Source: Macrostomum lignano (Eukaryota). Taken from it: a stretch of 64,000 nucleotides of DNA. The position numbers and the translations under genes were made by a program. Of this stretch, positions 1 through 13,703 are shown piece after piece. The notes beneath the pieces are model-generated. The model ran no database searches and was not told the DNA's origin. It saw only the letters and a list, made by a program, of their open reading frames with translations. The stretch's first letter is position 1. Every line of letters begins with the position of its first letter. Location: contig NIVC01000874.1 in assembly GCA_002269645.1 (NCBI GenBank), positions 1 to 64,000 of the forward strand. Reading direction: 5' to 3'.

Positions 1-43
1 TACTGAATTAGTAAAGCTTAGTAAGCTTAGTAAAGTCTATCTT

Positions 44-355
44 TTACTTTTGAAAGAATCCTGCGATGGTTCGCTCCATGTAGGCGTTCCAATTATGATT
101 ACACACGGTGTGCCCCTCAACAGGTTGTCCATTAGCTCTTGAAAAATCAGAGGTGCAGCGGATATTCCAAATTGCATTTTCGGAAAGCAAATGACCCATG
201 TGAGTTGGAACGCACATTAATTTTTTACTGTCTTCAGACAAGCCTATTTGAAGATATGCGTCTTTCAAGTCACTAGAAGTATGTCGGACAAGTCGGAAAA
301 TAGCGATTTAAGCCTTGAAAGCTTATTGCAATCAGTTCCAATAAGGCGATTCAGC
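44..355 (-). pseudogene. Ty3/Gypsy reverse transcriptase fragment
   Basis: ORF 44-268 reads KDAYLQIGLSEDSKKLMCVPTHMG, the RT motif seen again as DAFLLVALSPESQKLACISTHLG in ORF 2235-3521. It is frameshifted and truncated. Confidence 0.7.
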
Positions 356-463
356 GTCATTTAATAGCCTCAGCAAATTCGGATGGGCCGAACTGATCTC
401 GCGGACTGGTATATGTGGTATATGATCCTACGTGTGTCTCTCTTTTCGGCCATAGACTTATTT

Positions 464-617
464 TGTTATGATTCTGCTCTGACACTTTCTTTGAAGTACT
501 AAGCTGTGAGCTGCCTTGAAGAAAAAGGGAAAAAGGAAAAAGGAAGAAATATACTCTCGCGCAAACTCTAAAGAGCACTCCTAGAATAAATTACTGAAAC
601 CGGATGCTACCAGTACA
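464..617 (+). repeat. Putative 5' LTR of a Gypsy element (TGTTAT...GTACA)
   Basis: Ends in CA two bases before a PBS. The start at TGTTAT (464) is only a best guess because no second copy is in the window. Confidence 0.45.
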
Positions 618-618
618 T

Positions 619-631
619 TGGCGACGAGGAT
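619..631 (+). other. Primer binding site TGGCGACGAGGAT (complementary to tRNA-Ser(GCT) 3' end)
   Basis: Follows the LTR-terminal CA and directly precedes the gag ATG at 632. It is the reverse complement of ATCCTCGTCGCCA, the 3' end of metazoan tRNA-Ser(GCT). Confidence 0.8.
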
Positions 632-1230
632 ATGACTGCCGTACCCAACACCGCTTCAAGAATCAGTGCATTCGATCCGGCAAGACCAGAGAGATGGTCG
701 GTGTACGAAAAACGGTTGGAGCAATATTTTATCGCCAAAGCCATCACCGATGAGAAGATAAAGAAGGCTGAGCTCATCACAGTGGTGGTGAAGATTGCTA
801 CTGCCTGCTGCGAGATCTGCTGTCTCCAGACCTCCCGAAAAATAAGTCTTATGACGAGCTGATAACGGCGCTAAGAAACTATTTCGCACCGACGCCAAAG
901 AAAGTCGTGGAGCGCTACAATTTCTACAATCGAAATCAACAAGAGAGCGAAGTAATCTCAGAGTATATAGCAAATTGAAGGAAGCTGGCTGCAACCTGTA
1001 TGTTGGAACCTTTCTGAATGAAGCTATCAGAGATAAGTTTGTTTGCGGATTGCGCAGCAAGCTCATTCAGCAGCGTCTTCTGCAAAAAGATGACATCGCG
1101 CTGGACGAGGCCATCAAAATATCAAACGCCATAGAAACTGCAGAAAAGGTGCAACGCTCATCAACACTAACAAATTCAGTGGAGCTCAAGCCAACTCAGT
1201 CAAGGAAGTCAGGCCAAAAAGCTCAAAAGA
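632..1230 (+). pseudogene. Gypsy gag, frameshifted and 3'-truncated
   Basis: FDPARPERWSVYEKRLEQYF...RDKFVCGLRSKLIQQRLL across ORFs 632-862 and 975-1358. Close paralogue of the gag at 5380-5848. Confidence 0.85.
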
Positions 1231-4200
1231 CTCTGCTCATGACAGGTGCTACCGATGCTTGTCGACGGGTCACTGGGCTAGAAGCTGCCCACATCGATCT
1301 TACGTCGATCGACGTCGTCACGAAAGGTATTAGTTCCGACGGAAGTAGTAATCGTTGACGGAACCCTCTCTTCCTTGTGTTCCACAGGAATGAAAACTGG
1401 TTCGGCTTGTAGTCGAGGTTGGATCCATTCAGTGCATACTCTTGACAAGCGAGTTCTTGGCAGTTGAAGAAACACCAAACCAGCAGGAATAGAACCATTA
1501 CATTGCGGTGTAGTATTGTGAAACAGACAGAACGCGATTGCAATTCGCTCTAGTTCAGCCACGTCAGAAGTAGCGTTTGACTTCTTTAGATGAAATTTAA
1601 ACTCTTCTATTACCCGCTCCACTTGCCCATTCGACTAATGGTGACCTGGAGGAGTCAAAAGGTGCTGAACGAAGTTCTCCTTTAGGAACGTGGCGAATTC
1701 GGCGGACGTGAAGTTTGTACCGTTGTCTGTCACCAAGGTTTGTGGGAGACCCATGTAATTAAATGTTTGTCGAACTGCCCGAATTACAGATTGCGATTTC
1801 ATTGAATCGTATGCCGAACATCCACCCACTTCGAGAATGCGTCTACTAGCACTAGGAATCGGTGTCCTTTGAATATCGCGACGTCGGCGTGTACTCTCTC
1901 GAAGAACGTCTGCGCATCCTCCCAAGACGATAAATTGGAGTTAGTTCGCTTTTTGCGTGAAGCTGACACTGTGCACACCTTCGAACGAAACTGTTCATCT
2001 GCGTGTCGATTCCTGACCACCAGAAATACTGTCGTGCCAAGCGAATCATGCGCACAACTCCGGGGTGATTTTCATGCAGCAGGTGTAAAATTTCCGTTCG
2101 TAAATCACTGGGTGGTACAATGCGCAATCCTTTAAACACAATGCCATTTTGTATAGTATACTCAAGCTTTCCTTTTGAGTAAGACTTTCGGTAAGTACTC
2201 CGGCCATCCATCCTGAATGTAATGCTTCAGTGTCTCAGATGGCAGTCATTCGTCTTAGCAATTTGACGCAGTAGATCTTCGAATTCGCAAAGGTGTCCAG
2301 GGCATTTATTGACAGTAGGTTGACGGATTCCTTCGTTATGCAATTGCCACTTGGAAGTCGCGACAGAGTATCAGCGGCGTACATCGAATCGCCTTTGGAA
2401 TATTCGATCTTGTAGTCATACGCTCGTAGAATGAGCGACCAGCGTTGAAGCCTGGCGGAAACACGCTCAGACGATTTATTGTGATCGAAAATGAACTGAA
2501 GCAGTCTGTGGTCTGATATAAAAGTAAATCTTCTTCCGGCGAGAAACTGGTGGAAATACTTAACTCCTTCGACGATAGCCAGCGCCTCTCGTTCGATATT
2601 TGCATAATTGCCCTCTGCGGGTGTGAGCACTCTGCTTCCGAGCCAAACAATCTGTCTCTGCTCTCTGTCATGAGAGAGCACGAACCCCAATCCATCCTTT
2701 GACGCATCAAAAGTCAGAAACAGACGCTTGGACGAGTCGTAAGCAGTTATTGCTCCTTGTCGAATACTTTGCTTCAATCTCGTGAAGGCCTGTGAATGTT
2801 CTTTGTTCCAGAACCAGTGCTGTCCTTTCTTCAATAATGAATACAATGGTCGAGCGATGATAGAAAAATTCTTGCAGAACAGGCCGTAGTGTCGAAGAGT
2901 ACACAAGGCGCTTTTTAATTGGTCTTTATCCGCGGGATCTGGCATATTTTCCCATGCCTCTATTCTCGCTGGATCAGGCTCGAGCTTGCCGTTGTGGAGA
3001 ATGAACCCAAGAAACTTGACGCTTTGTAAGCATTCCTGTGACTTGCGGGCGTTAATCTTGAACCCATTGTCAGCCAAACGTTGCTTTACCTTGTTTAGCA
3101 CCAGGGTGTGTTGTTGTCGGTCTCCGGGAGTTCCGATTATTATGTCGTCTTGATACGAAGCAGTGCATTCTACGTTTCTGAGCACCTCATCCTTGACTTC
3201 TTGGAATATTAATGGTGCTGCGGAAATTCCGAACTGAAGATTTTTGAAAGCGAAGTAGCCCAGGTGCGTAGAGATGCAGGCAAGTTTCTGGCTCTCAGGC
3301 GAAAGCGCAACTAGAAGAAACGCGTCTTCAAATCCAGACTGAATAGTACTTGGCATTAGGAATTTAGAAAGGATTTCTTCTAGCTTTGGAAGCTTGTAGC
3401 GATCGGCATCGATTATGCGATTTAGCGTGACTGAATAGTCGCCACATAGACGTATTGGTCTCGCTGTGCCTTGCTGCTTTAAAACTGGAACAATTGGCGC
3501 AGAAACGGCTGGGTCTTCCACTGGATATATGATGCCTGCATTTAGCAGTTGTTGAGCTCAGTCTCAACCATAGACTTCATCGAAAAGGGCAGAGATCTGG
3601 CAGGATTCGCATGCCGTCCGTTCTAGCATCTGAGCGGAGGCGGAAACTTGCGAGAAATCTCGAATTTGCATCACGCACCACTGGCATGCAAAGAAGATCT
3701 TCTGAAATGCTTCCGTCGAGGTTTAGTATGTCCAGGTGCGATAGGAAATCCATTCCCAGTATAGCCAATAAATCGCTGCCTACATACACTTTTCCAGTGG
3801 CAGATATTCCATCGGACAGAGTAATCATGGCATCCTGAATGACTGAGTATATTTCTGGCTGGAAACCGCCGTACGACTTGAGCGCTTTAGTAACCGGTTC
3901 GACTTTCAGATTGGAACTATCAGCAACATGCTTGGGTATGATGGTAACTTGACTGCCTGTATCTACCAACATCTTAGCACTCGCGTCTCCGATCTCGCAT
4001 GTAACAAACCACTGATCCGTTGAATGACGATCTCCGATGTCAGTTGTCGCGTAGATTGCTCCCACATGTCCATGGCTAGAATCCTCTGATCGGCACACGT
4101 TCTGCAGAGCATTAACGGTCTTGGAGCGACAGACTGCTGCCAGGTATCCAACCTTCCCACACTTTCGGCACTGCGCATCCCGAAATCGGCACTTTGACCT

Positions 4201-5108
4201 GATGTGTCCTGCTTTTCCGCATGTGTGGCAGTGACCAGTTTCACGAGGCTTTGTCGGTCCTTTGCGGTTGTCCAAACTGTGCTGCTGCTTGTGGGCAGGC
4301 GTCTTCTCTGGTCTGACCCATCCGGAATGACTCTTCTTCTGCACCGCCGTGATTGTATCCGGCTTGCTTGTTGCCATCCTAATCGACTCAGACAGCAAAC
4401 CTTCTTTTATCGCGTCTTCCAAAATGACATCCGCTCTTGAAAGAAGCTTTTGCTTTAGCACTTGATTCCGCAAGCCAAATATGTACTGCGACAGAATTAG
4501 TTCGTCTCGGAGATCACCGAATCTGCATTTGTTGGCTTGGCGCTTTAGACATTCGATGTAAGTAGCAATCGATTCACCCTCCTTTTGCACCATGGAGTGA
4601 AGCACGTGTCTCTCATAGTGAAGCAATGTTTTGAGCTTAAAATGTGCGGTTAGCGAACTCTGGATATCATCGAACGTTACTTCGTCCTTCGTGATGTCTT
4701 TTGGCTTTGCAAGCTCTTCTATCAGCGTGAAGGCTGCGTCTCCGCATGTCGCTAGAAGTACTGCTTTGGAGTGAGCTTGCTTCCCTGAAGCCACCAAGTA
4801 AAACTGCAGTCTTTCGAAATACTTCTCAATCTCAGGATAAGAAAGAGGCAATCTCCAAGTCGAAAATCCAGCGGCTGAGTCATCAGTCCTGCGAACGTAA
4901 GGTAGTCAGTACACAGCTTCTTCAGTGAATCCAGTGACTTTTCCTCATCGCCATGTTACGGTTGAAGAACACGAAGGCTTTTGGGTTTATGAATTGAAGG
5001 AGGGCGTTATTTGAGCAGCTCCAAATTGGCATGAGCACAAAGCTCGCTCTTATATTTCTTTACCCTTAAGGGCATTGAAGTTTCTAGCAAACAAGGTGTA
5101 CGGTAACA
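1230..5108 (-). mobile_element. Ty3/Gypsy LTR retrotransposon (Mag-like), 3'-truncated and frameshifted
   Basis: 5' LTR 4954-5108 (TGTTAC...GTAACA inverted ends) and PBS TGGCGATGAGGAA at 4941-4953. Gag with two CCHC knuckles plus protease LVDTGS (3577-4851), RT YQDD and RNase H FDASK (2235-3521), integrase HHCC and VHAD/LVD...TDNG (1278-2211). No 3' LTR. Confidence 0.9.
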
Positions 5109-5150
5109 TTTTGCCCCGATGGCACATAGACTACTTTTAGAAGAAAATAA

Positions 5151-6137
5151 TGTTACATCCGACTTCCGTTACCAACTCGAAGTCCAGGTGAATTATGGTT
5201 AGTAATCTCAAGCTTGGTAGCGGGCTCTTGCCATGCCGATGTTAACATTCATTTCCTTTATATTTGCTCTCCTTATATTAGCTTTAGAACGCAGGGTTAA
5301 CAGGGGCAGTGTCTATGGCCAATGTGTGTGAAATGAAATATACTTTATATGCGCACATACCACATAACTCGAAGTCCAGTGAAACATCGTCCTCCTGCAG
5401 CAGCCTTTGCTGTGTCAGCTTGCTTCGTAGTCCACAAACCAGTCTGTCTCTGATCGCCTCCGACAAAAAGCCTCCAAACGAACAGGTCGCCGCCAACTTC
5501 CGTAGCTGCGCGACGTACTCTGCAATGGATTCGCCTTCCTGCTGGCTTCGGTGATGAAAGTTGTATCTCTCGATGATTCTTTTCGGCGTTGGGGTGAAAT
5601 GCGTTCGTAACTTTTCAATTAAATCATCGTAGGATTTGTCCTTCGGGGAGTCTGGAGACAGTAAGTCTCTGAGCAACGTATAGCAGTCTTCACCAATTAC
5701 TGTGATGAGCTCGGCTCGCTTAATCTCCTCTTTGGTGATGGATTTAGCGATGAAGTATTGTTCCAGACGCTCCTCGTATACAGTCCACCTTTCAGGTCGT
5801 GCCGGATCAAATGTGCTGATTTTCGAAGCAGTATTTGGCGCGGTCATTTTGTCTTCTTCTGAAGAATCCTCGTCGCCAATGTTACATCCGACTTCCGTTA
5901 CCAACTCGAAGTCCAGGTGAATTATGGTTAGTAATCTCAAGCTTGGTAGCGGGCTCTTGCCATGCCGATGTTAACATTCATTTCCTTTATATTTGCTCTC
6001 CTTATATTAGCTTTAGAACGCAGGGTTAACAGGGGCAGTGTCTATGGCCAATGTGTGTGAAATGAAATATACTTAAATGCGCATATACCACAAATAAATC
6101 TATGAATAATGCAGCATAGCATGCAGAATATGCAACA
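5151..6137 (-). mobile_element. Internally deleted Gypsy element: LTR-PBS-partial gag-partial LTR
   Basis: LTR 5880-6137 (TGTTACA...TGCAACA) is duplicated at 5151 to about 5365. PBS ATCCTCGTCGCCA at 5866-5878. Gag MTAPNTASKISTFDP runs from 5848 to about 5380. No TSD found. Confidence 0.85.
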
Positions 6138-9100
6138 CCAGTTGTCGGCGGTCAGTGGCAATGTTGGCCGTACGTAAATGCGGTTTCTCCGTAGTATTCT
6201 GCCGCTCGCCAACTTTACCAGGTAGTCGCGGTCTTTTCCGACCTCTACCACTACTCCTCTCCGTTGCCACAGTTTCGTTGTTGGCTATTGAAGAACTAAA
6301 GTCGACCCTATTCGGATTCCATCGAGGCTTCTCTTGGACTTGTTGTACTGTTGCTCCACAGCCTCGTGAACTTCTGATGCTGTGTCCTCCGTTTGTTTAA
6401 TCGTGTTGTACCATTCGGGATTAAAGCTTCTTCGATGAGCAGGAAGTGAATCTCTTGCTGGCTGTCCATACAGCATAATAGAAGGAATGCGTCCATCATA
6501 CATAGGTGTGTTTCTATAGATAAGTATTTCTTCCGCCATTTTGTCCTTGTTTATGTCATTGTTGCGATAATCCCACGATCCTCTGATGATCTTTTTGGCT
6601 GACTTGACTGCCGCTTCGGCTCTCCCGTTGCTTTGGTGGGGGTATGGGGATGAGAATCTGGACTCGACTCCCCATCTCTTCAAAAAGTTACCAAATGCGC
6701 TGGCCTTGAACTGAGGACCTGAGTCTGACCAGAACAATTCCGGTACAGCTGTCTGACAAAATAGCTCACGGCACGCGTTAATCAGCTTGTAAATCGGAGC
6801 ATTTTGTCCGAAGTTCCATACGTTGATCCATCCAGAGTATCCGTCCACTATCACTAGTAATTGCCTGCCGCGGTGTTCACAAAAGTCGGCATGAACTTCC
6901 TGGAAGCACCTTGCTGGTGAAGTTCTCGGCAACATCAGTTCTCTAACCTGATTTGGACGGGTTTCTTGGCATGCTTTGCATTGCTTTATTGTGTCATCGA
7001 TCTGACGTTCCATGCTGGGCCAATAGACGACCATTCTTGCTCTTGCTTTGGTCTTAGTAGCACCTTGGTGACTTGAATGTAGTGTTCTCAAAACTTCTTT
7101 TCGCATTTCTTTAGGGATGATACACCGGCATCCATTGAGAACGACTCCGTTTTCGACGACAAGCTTATGTCGAATGTGCCAGTACGGTCTTAGATTAACT
7201 GGAAGATTAGCTTTATCGTTCGGGAATCCATTCTCTATTACTTGGATGAGCTCTTGCATTTCGTGTCTTTCTTTACGTGTTCTTGTATTCTCTTCATGTT
7301 AAAGTCCATTTCCGTATCTTCTATTACCATGGTCAACAAATTCACACTACTTAGAGCTTGATTTTCATCAATCTGATCTTCTTCAGTTGCATTTGCAATC
7401 CGAGCTCTTGATAGTGCATCGGCATCTACATTGTCTTTACCTCGTACCCATTTTGCTTCATAGTTGTAGCGATTAAGCTTGGCACGAAGGCGCTGCAACC
7501 TCGGGTTTTCGATTTGGTCTAGTTGGTAGCCGTTTAATATCGGAATAAGTGGCTTGTGGTCAGTCACGATTTAAAATGAATCGAGTTCTTCTAAAAACGA
7601 GCGACATTTTTGCGAAGCCCACACAATTGCTAGCAACTCGAGCTCGATCGTAGCATTTCGCGTCTCCGCGTCAGCCAGAAACCGTGAGCCCGCCTGAATC
7701 ATTCGCCAGGCGCCGTCAGGTTGTTGCTGCTTGAGAACAAATCCGAGTCCCTTCAACCTTGATGCGTCGGTGTGCAGTGCGATTGGCTTCGTGTGATCGT
7801 AGTATGCCAATGATGGGACTTTAGACAGATGGATTCGTGCCTTATCGAAGGCTTTTTGGTGCTCCTCGTTCCAGATGAATGAATTCTTCGCGCTCAGTAG
7901 AGGTTTTAATATCGAGGTACATTCTGCGATCGAATCTGTGAATGGTCCTATTTGATTCACTTGGCCCATAAATGCGCGTAATTCTGTAATATTTGATGGC
8001 TCAGGGAATTGAGCAATGGCTGCTGTCATGTCAGGGTCTACCTGATAGCACTTTAGTGTAAGGATAAATCCAGCAAACTTTACATTTTTCTTGGCGAAGA
8101 CAATTTTTTTTATTCAATGATATTCCACTCTCGTCACACCGATAAAGAAATTCGCGAACAGCTTGTATGTGGCTTTCGTAGTCGGCGCTTGCGATTACGC
8201 AGTCATCCACAATGTGGCGAGTATCTTTCAAGCCCTGTAGAACACTATCCAGTCTCTTTTTGTAATATTCTGAGATAGAGCTGATCCCGAAAGGTGCCAT
8301 TCTGAACATGTATCTTCCATAAGGAGTAATAAATGTTGTCAGTGGCATACTGTCTCGTGGAGTGATACTTGATGGTATCCTTTCAATGCATCAACAACTG
8401 TAAACCATTCTGCGTTGGATACATTGGTGCTGGCCACAACTTCCAGTGGTGTTGGTGATTGGTATCGAGGTCTCAGAACGTATTTGTTTATCTCTCTAAA
8501 ATCCACGCAAAGACGAATTAGGTCAGTGCCCTTCTTCGGGGCTACGACTATTGGAGCGCACCAGGGTGTCGGCTCTGTTATTTTGCAGATAATTTGCTGT
8601 CTTTCCAAGGCATCGAGTTCGTTTTTAAGTTTTTCATGCAGTGGCAGTGGTAGCCGGCGTGGCGTCTCCATGGAAAATGGGATCGCGTCCTCTTTGAGCA
8701 CAATTGAAAATTTTTCGCCCTTCATCGGCCGAATTACTCCGTCGAAGACCCTCGGGAATTCTTGGATCAAATCCAGTTCTGTATGCTTTCTTCCGTCATT
8801 CGTCAAAACCTGAGTTATCTGGTTTATCTGACTTGGAAACTCTTCAGGGATGATTCCCAGTTTTCTACAGCTCTGCCAGGACAGCACTGGCGCGACCAAG
8901 TTCTTCAGCACATGAATCCTTGTCGCTGCGTGCTTCCCGTTCAGCATTATTGTGGCGGAGAAATTGCCGTTACTCTTAATGAACTGTCCACTGGCTGATT
9001 TAGGAAATATGGCGTCATGCCTTAGTTGTGCAATACGGATGCGGAGCTTTTTGAAATCGCATTCTCGGATTGCATCGATATTGGATCCCGTATCGGGCAT

Positions 9101-10290
9101 CATTTCCAGCTGCTCCCCATTTATTGAGACTACTACTGTTGGGGTTGCGGGTTCAAAGTTGACATTCTCGGTGGTTGCCTTTTATCCGGATGACCAGTGC
9201 TGCGACTGGACCGGCACATGGAACCAAAATGTCCAATGCGACCGCAGTTAAAGCACTTCTTGTCCTTGGCGAGACATTCTGAGCGCTGATATCGCCCTTT
9301 ACCACAGGCAGTGCATTTCTTTGCTTCTGGAGTCTTTGATCGAGCCCCACCTGGAATTTTTCCTCGATGTTTGCGCACTATGGACACCTGTGAAGCTGTG
9401 CAGATTTCATTTTTTGGATCTCTCAGGCTTCCTCTGATCTGCATATTGTCAGCGCGTCAGCGAGAGAGAGATCTGGCTGTGCTAATAGACGCTTGATTGT
9501 CTCCATTTCGTACTCCTAGCACAAGTTTATCCCTCAGTAGGTCGTCGGAATGCTTACAGAACTTACATGTTCGCATCAGGTCCCTCAATTGCATGACATA
9601 GTCGTTAAAATTTTCTCCGTCATTTTGTTGCCGTTTCCAGAACCTGTTCCTCTCTACGATGATATTAACCTGTCGGAGTACGTGATCTCTGATGGAATTC
9701 ATGACGACCTCAGGGTACTTGAATTGTTGATCCGTCAGAGGTAGATTATTATCCTTCGAGAAGGTAGCAGATGTAAATGCGTTCAACATGCAAGCTCGTC
9801 GAGCTGCCATTTTCTTCTTAGTTACGTGGATGCTGTCTGATTCCTCGTGCTGGATGTTAACTGCATCGAAGTATGCCTCAAGAGTCGCTCTTCAAGCGTC
9901 GAAATCATCGATCGTATCCACTGATAGGTCTAGTCGAGGGATGTGCAAACCGGCAGAGATAGTTTCAGCTCAGCTTGTCCAGTTGGTGAGATATTTGCTG
10001 CTGATGCTGCTGCTGATGATGCTGCTGATGCTGCTGATGATCGTTCCGACTTTTCTGGCTTCTGCCTTGAAGGCGATGCTGACGTAGAGCGCTGCTGCTT
10101 TGGGGGCATTTTGTGGTTTTTTTGCGAGAAGCTTTAGCACACGGTTTCAGTGCCTGCTTGCGATGCCATGTTATATGCTTTGGTATAATGTAACTTGGGC
10201 TGCTCTGGTGGCGAGCCAAGGAGCTTAAAACAATATATTTAATCGCCCTGCCTCTTAGCACGTAGGCGGTGGAGGTCAGGGCCATAGACA
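6138..10290 (-). mobile_element. Ty3/Gypsy LTR retrotransposon, disrupted, 3' end replaced by another LTR
   Basis: LTR end at 10169 (other end about 10290, uncertain) and PBS TGGCATCGCAAGCAGG at 10153-10168. Gag from about 10110 to 9133 with two zinc knuckles, protease PDTGS (8339-9103), RT IVDD (8031-8348), RNase H HTDASRLKGLG (7571-8029), integrase HHCC and core VHADF...SDSGPQF (6285-7259). Confidence 0.9.
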
Positions 10291-10309
10291 TGGATGTACT
10301 AATAAGAGT

Positions 10310-12098
10310 CCATCCACATCAAGGTCCTAACGCATTATGACCCCAGCAAGCCACTCGTAGTACAGACCGACGCATCATGCTATGGAGTAGGTGCTGTTCT
10401 GTCACACACGCTTAAAGACTCGGAAGAGAAGCCTATATGCTATGCATCTCGAAGTTTGTCCAAAGCGGACCGGAACTACTCTCAGATTGAGAAGGAAGGT
10501 TTAGCCATCGTGTTCGCGGTAAAGAAATTTCATCAATATCTCTATGGGCGCCCGTTTATCCTGGTAACTGATCATGAGCCTCTGGTCACGATTTTTGGGC
10601 CTAAGAACAACATACCCAGCATTGCCGCCAGCCGTTTACAAAGATGGGCAGTAATTCTTTCAGCCTACAGCTTTGAAATTCGGTACCGACGAACGGAAGA
10701 CCACGGAATGCGGATGCCTTATCCAGACTGCCCACTTCCGAATTTCAAGGAGCAGATGATGCCGTGTTCCAGAATAGGATAGACGCGCAACCGATCGACT
10801 CCAATGACTTAAAAAGAGCCACTTCGAATGACCCCTTGCTGTCGCGAGTTCTTCACTACTGCAGAGCTGGTTGGCCAGAATAAATGGAGGCAGAGTTAAG
10901 GCCATTTCATAGCCGGCGGCATGAACTGAGCGTGGAAGATGGAGTTCTATTCTGGGGAATTCGGAGAATAATTGCATCAGTATTAAGAAGTCAGCTTCTG
11001 CAGCTGCTGCATGAAGAACACCCCGGAATTATGGGCACGAAAAGTCGCTGGCAAGAATGCACATATGGTAACCCAGGCATTGATAATGATACAGAAAATT
11101 GCTTGGCTAGATGCACAGGATGTCAATCGCAACGAAACCTGCCTGCACAAGCACCGCTACAGCCTCTCAATTGGCCAGAGAAGCCATGGACTCGACTGCA
11201 CTTGGACTTTTTCGGCCCATGCTACGGATATACTTGGGTGTTGCTCGTGGACGCCACAACAAAATGGGTGGAAATCTTCCCAATGAGATCGGCGACCACT
11301 TATAACACCATCAATAGACTCCAAGAGACGTTCGCTCGCTACAGATATCCGAAGCAGATCCTTACAGACAACGGATCCCAATTTACTGCAAAGGAGTTCA
11401 AGGACTACTTAAGGAGTCGCGGAATTGTACAAGTTCTAACATCAATTGGGCATCCACGCTCAAATGGGCAAGCCGAACGGATGGTGCAAACAGCAAAGCG
11501 AGCCTTGAGGGCTGAGATGAAGAGCAGCCATGATGCTATAGAAAGCATTAATGCCTTCTTGGCACGATACCGCATGACGCCCCATTCTACTACCGGGAAG
11601 TCAACTGCTGAAATGATACTCAAATACTCAATACGAACCAAACTCAGCATACTTAATCCAGACACGGATCAGCGAGTCGCCGAGAAGCAGCATCAACAGA
11701 AAATGCAGCATGATGCAAGAGCCAGTCCGAAGATCAGAGAGTTCAAGCAAGGCGACAACGTGCTAACGTTGGACTTTAGAAGACAAGCGGAGGACAAATG
11801 GGCTGTGGGAACAATCCTTCGACGCCGAGCCCCGCTATCATATCTAGTGAAGGTGGGCCCCATCATCTGGAAGCGACATGTGGACCACATACTTCCTGCT
11901 AGTGCTGCAGAGCAACCCCAGATGATTACGGACGAGGTACTGGAACATTTAATCGGCCAGCCTCAACCCGGAGAAAAGGCAACACAGTTGGAAAAATGTC
12001 AACCTGTTCCACAACCGGATCAAGCTACCAAGATCGTCAAGCCGTTAGTGCGTCGACGTCGCTATCAGCATGAGGACGTGCCACTAACCGTGATCTGA
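10310..12098 (+). pseudogene. Gypsy pol fragment (RNase H + integrase)
   Basis: THYDPSKPLVVQTDAS, YSQIEKEGLAIVFAVKKFHQY and TDHEPL, then integrase HEEHPG...C..C, LHLDF, TDNGSQF, SNGQAERMV (10884-12098). Confidence 0.9.
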
Positions 12099-12227
12099 AT
12101 ACTATTTTATTAAGATGCGATCTTGAAAGAAAAAACGTACAGGGAGTTAACAATTTTTTTCACGAACTTCAGAAGAGGTACAATTGAACAAGAGATGCTC
12201 GTACAGGTGCGTTTAGCACTGGTTAAA

Positions 12228-12608
12228 CCGGAAGGAGCCAAACGAGACAAATCAGTTGCGAAAAGCTGGCAGCGGCCGAGAAAGCGGATCCCAGCGGATC
12301 AAGCGAAGCGTTTGTTTATTAGTTTTAACGAGTTAATATTTATTGGTTCGTAAAAAGCAGAATAAAAAAATTGAGAAATTGCGGCGGAGCCAAGCCCGGC
12401 CGGGTGTAGAGGCTTTAAGCTGGCCGGCGCGGCCAACACCCCCACACCTCGACCCCCCGCCAAAGTACAGCGATATGTACAGCGGCACCCTCCGGCGCGT
12501 TTAACACACCTTACGCAGAGAGTAACGATTGCATTAAACACGCCGGAAGGAGCCAAACGAGACAAATCAGTTGCGAAAAGCAGGCAGCGGCCGAGAAAGC
12601 GGATCCCA
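12228..12608. repeat. 66-bp direct repeat pair (12228-12293 and 12543-12608), candidate B1/B2 split direct repeats
   Basis: CCGGAAGGAGCCAAACGAGACAAATC...GGATCCCA occurs twice with 1 mismatch, 315 bp apart, immediately 3' of the YR gene. Confidence 0.8.
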
Positions 12609-12651
12609 ACGCCAATGATGGGAAAGGGAAGGAGTAAAAGCGGGAAGGCAG

Positions 12652-13703
12652 TCAGGTGGACGCAGCCTGCAGCTGCGAAGCCATGAAAGAAGCAGAGCGC
12701 TGGCGGCGCGACAGGGTAGAGCTGGCAGAAAAGTAGCGAAGAACAGCGTCCAATCTCCAGCCCCCAAGAGCCCGAACGTCCGAATCTGACAAGCCGATTT
12801 GATGGCAGAAGCTGGCACCCCACGCCGGATGCTGTGGCCGGAGAAACCAGCAGCTGGAAGGCCGCACGCAGCCAGACACGCACGAAGACAGCTGATGAAC
12901 TGGCTGGCTGAGAGCTCGCCTCCGAGGCCGTAGCCAAAGAGTGGCGCCCTTGGGTCGCTGGCTGGTGACAGGTGCAGCTGAGACCGCAGAGCGCGCACAG
13001 GGCAGAGTGGTGACTCTTGAACAGGTGGCAGAAGAACGACATGCGGCGTCGACCCGAACTGGTTGGTCTTGGACTTAGGGAGGGCCAACTTCCAGCAGCC
13101 AGATGAAGCCGACAGACAGGCCCGCGAGACAGATCGGCTGCCGCGGGTCGATAGGAAGTCGCCAAGGCGCAACATGCCCCACCAGCCCACCAAAAGAGCC
13201 GCCCAGAAGGCGGCCCTGAGATCTGCGCTTGAGATGGAGCGCGGGAGCTGTTGATGGATGCTCTTGAGGTGCTCGATGGTCAGCGGCTTCGCCTGTTTGC
13301 ATCGCAGGCCCAGATGACGTTTGGCGCCGCGGAGGGCCAGCTGCACGGCGAAGTCTTTCGCTGGGTCGGGGGCGCCGGTGGCTTGGTGCAGAAAAGAGAC
13401 AGCATGGACGTAGGATCTGAGGCTGGAGAAGGACCGGAGCCGAGTGCTCACCGGGTGCGCGATGTAGCGGCAGAGCAGGTCACCGTCAGCTGGAGATGAA
13501 GGGCGGTTTGCGCTAACACAGAAGGCTTCCCAGGAGCGCAGCTGGCTGAGGTAGGATCGCCAGGAGTTCTCCGCCAGGCCGAGGCGGCACAGGTGTCGTC
13601 GGACACAGCGCGGGGGGCGGGCGGCTTCTCCGAAGGGCGAGGGCGACCTGCAAAAGGAGGCGAGATTGGGAAGCGGCAGAGAGCGCGTGCGACGTGAACT
13701 CAA
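12652..13703 (-). pseudogene. Tyrosine recombinase of DIRS/Ngaro-type element (one frameshift near 12880)
   Basis: SAM-like N-terminus (NSWRSY...W..FC), GMLRLGD, KSKTNQFG, CPVRAL, FSGHSIRRG, then GGWRLDAVLRYF in the shifted frame (ORF 12652-12879). This gives the R-K-H-R-W-Y catalytic set. Confidence 0.9.
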
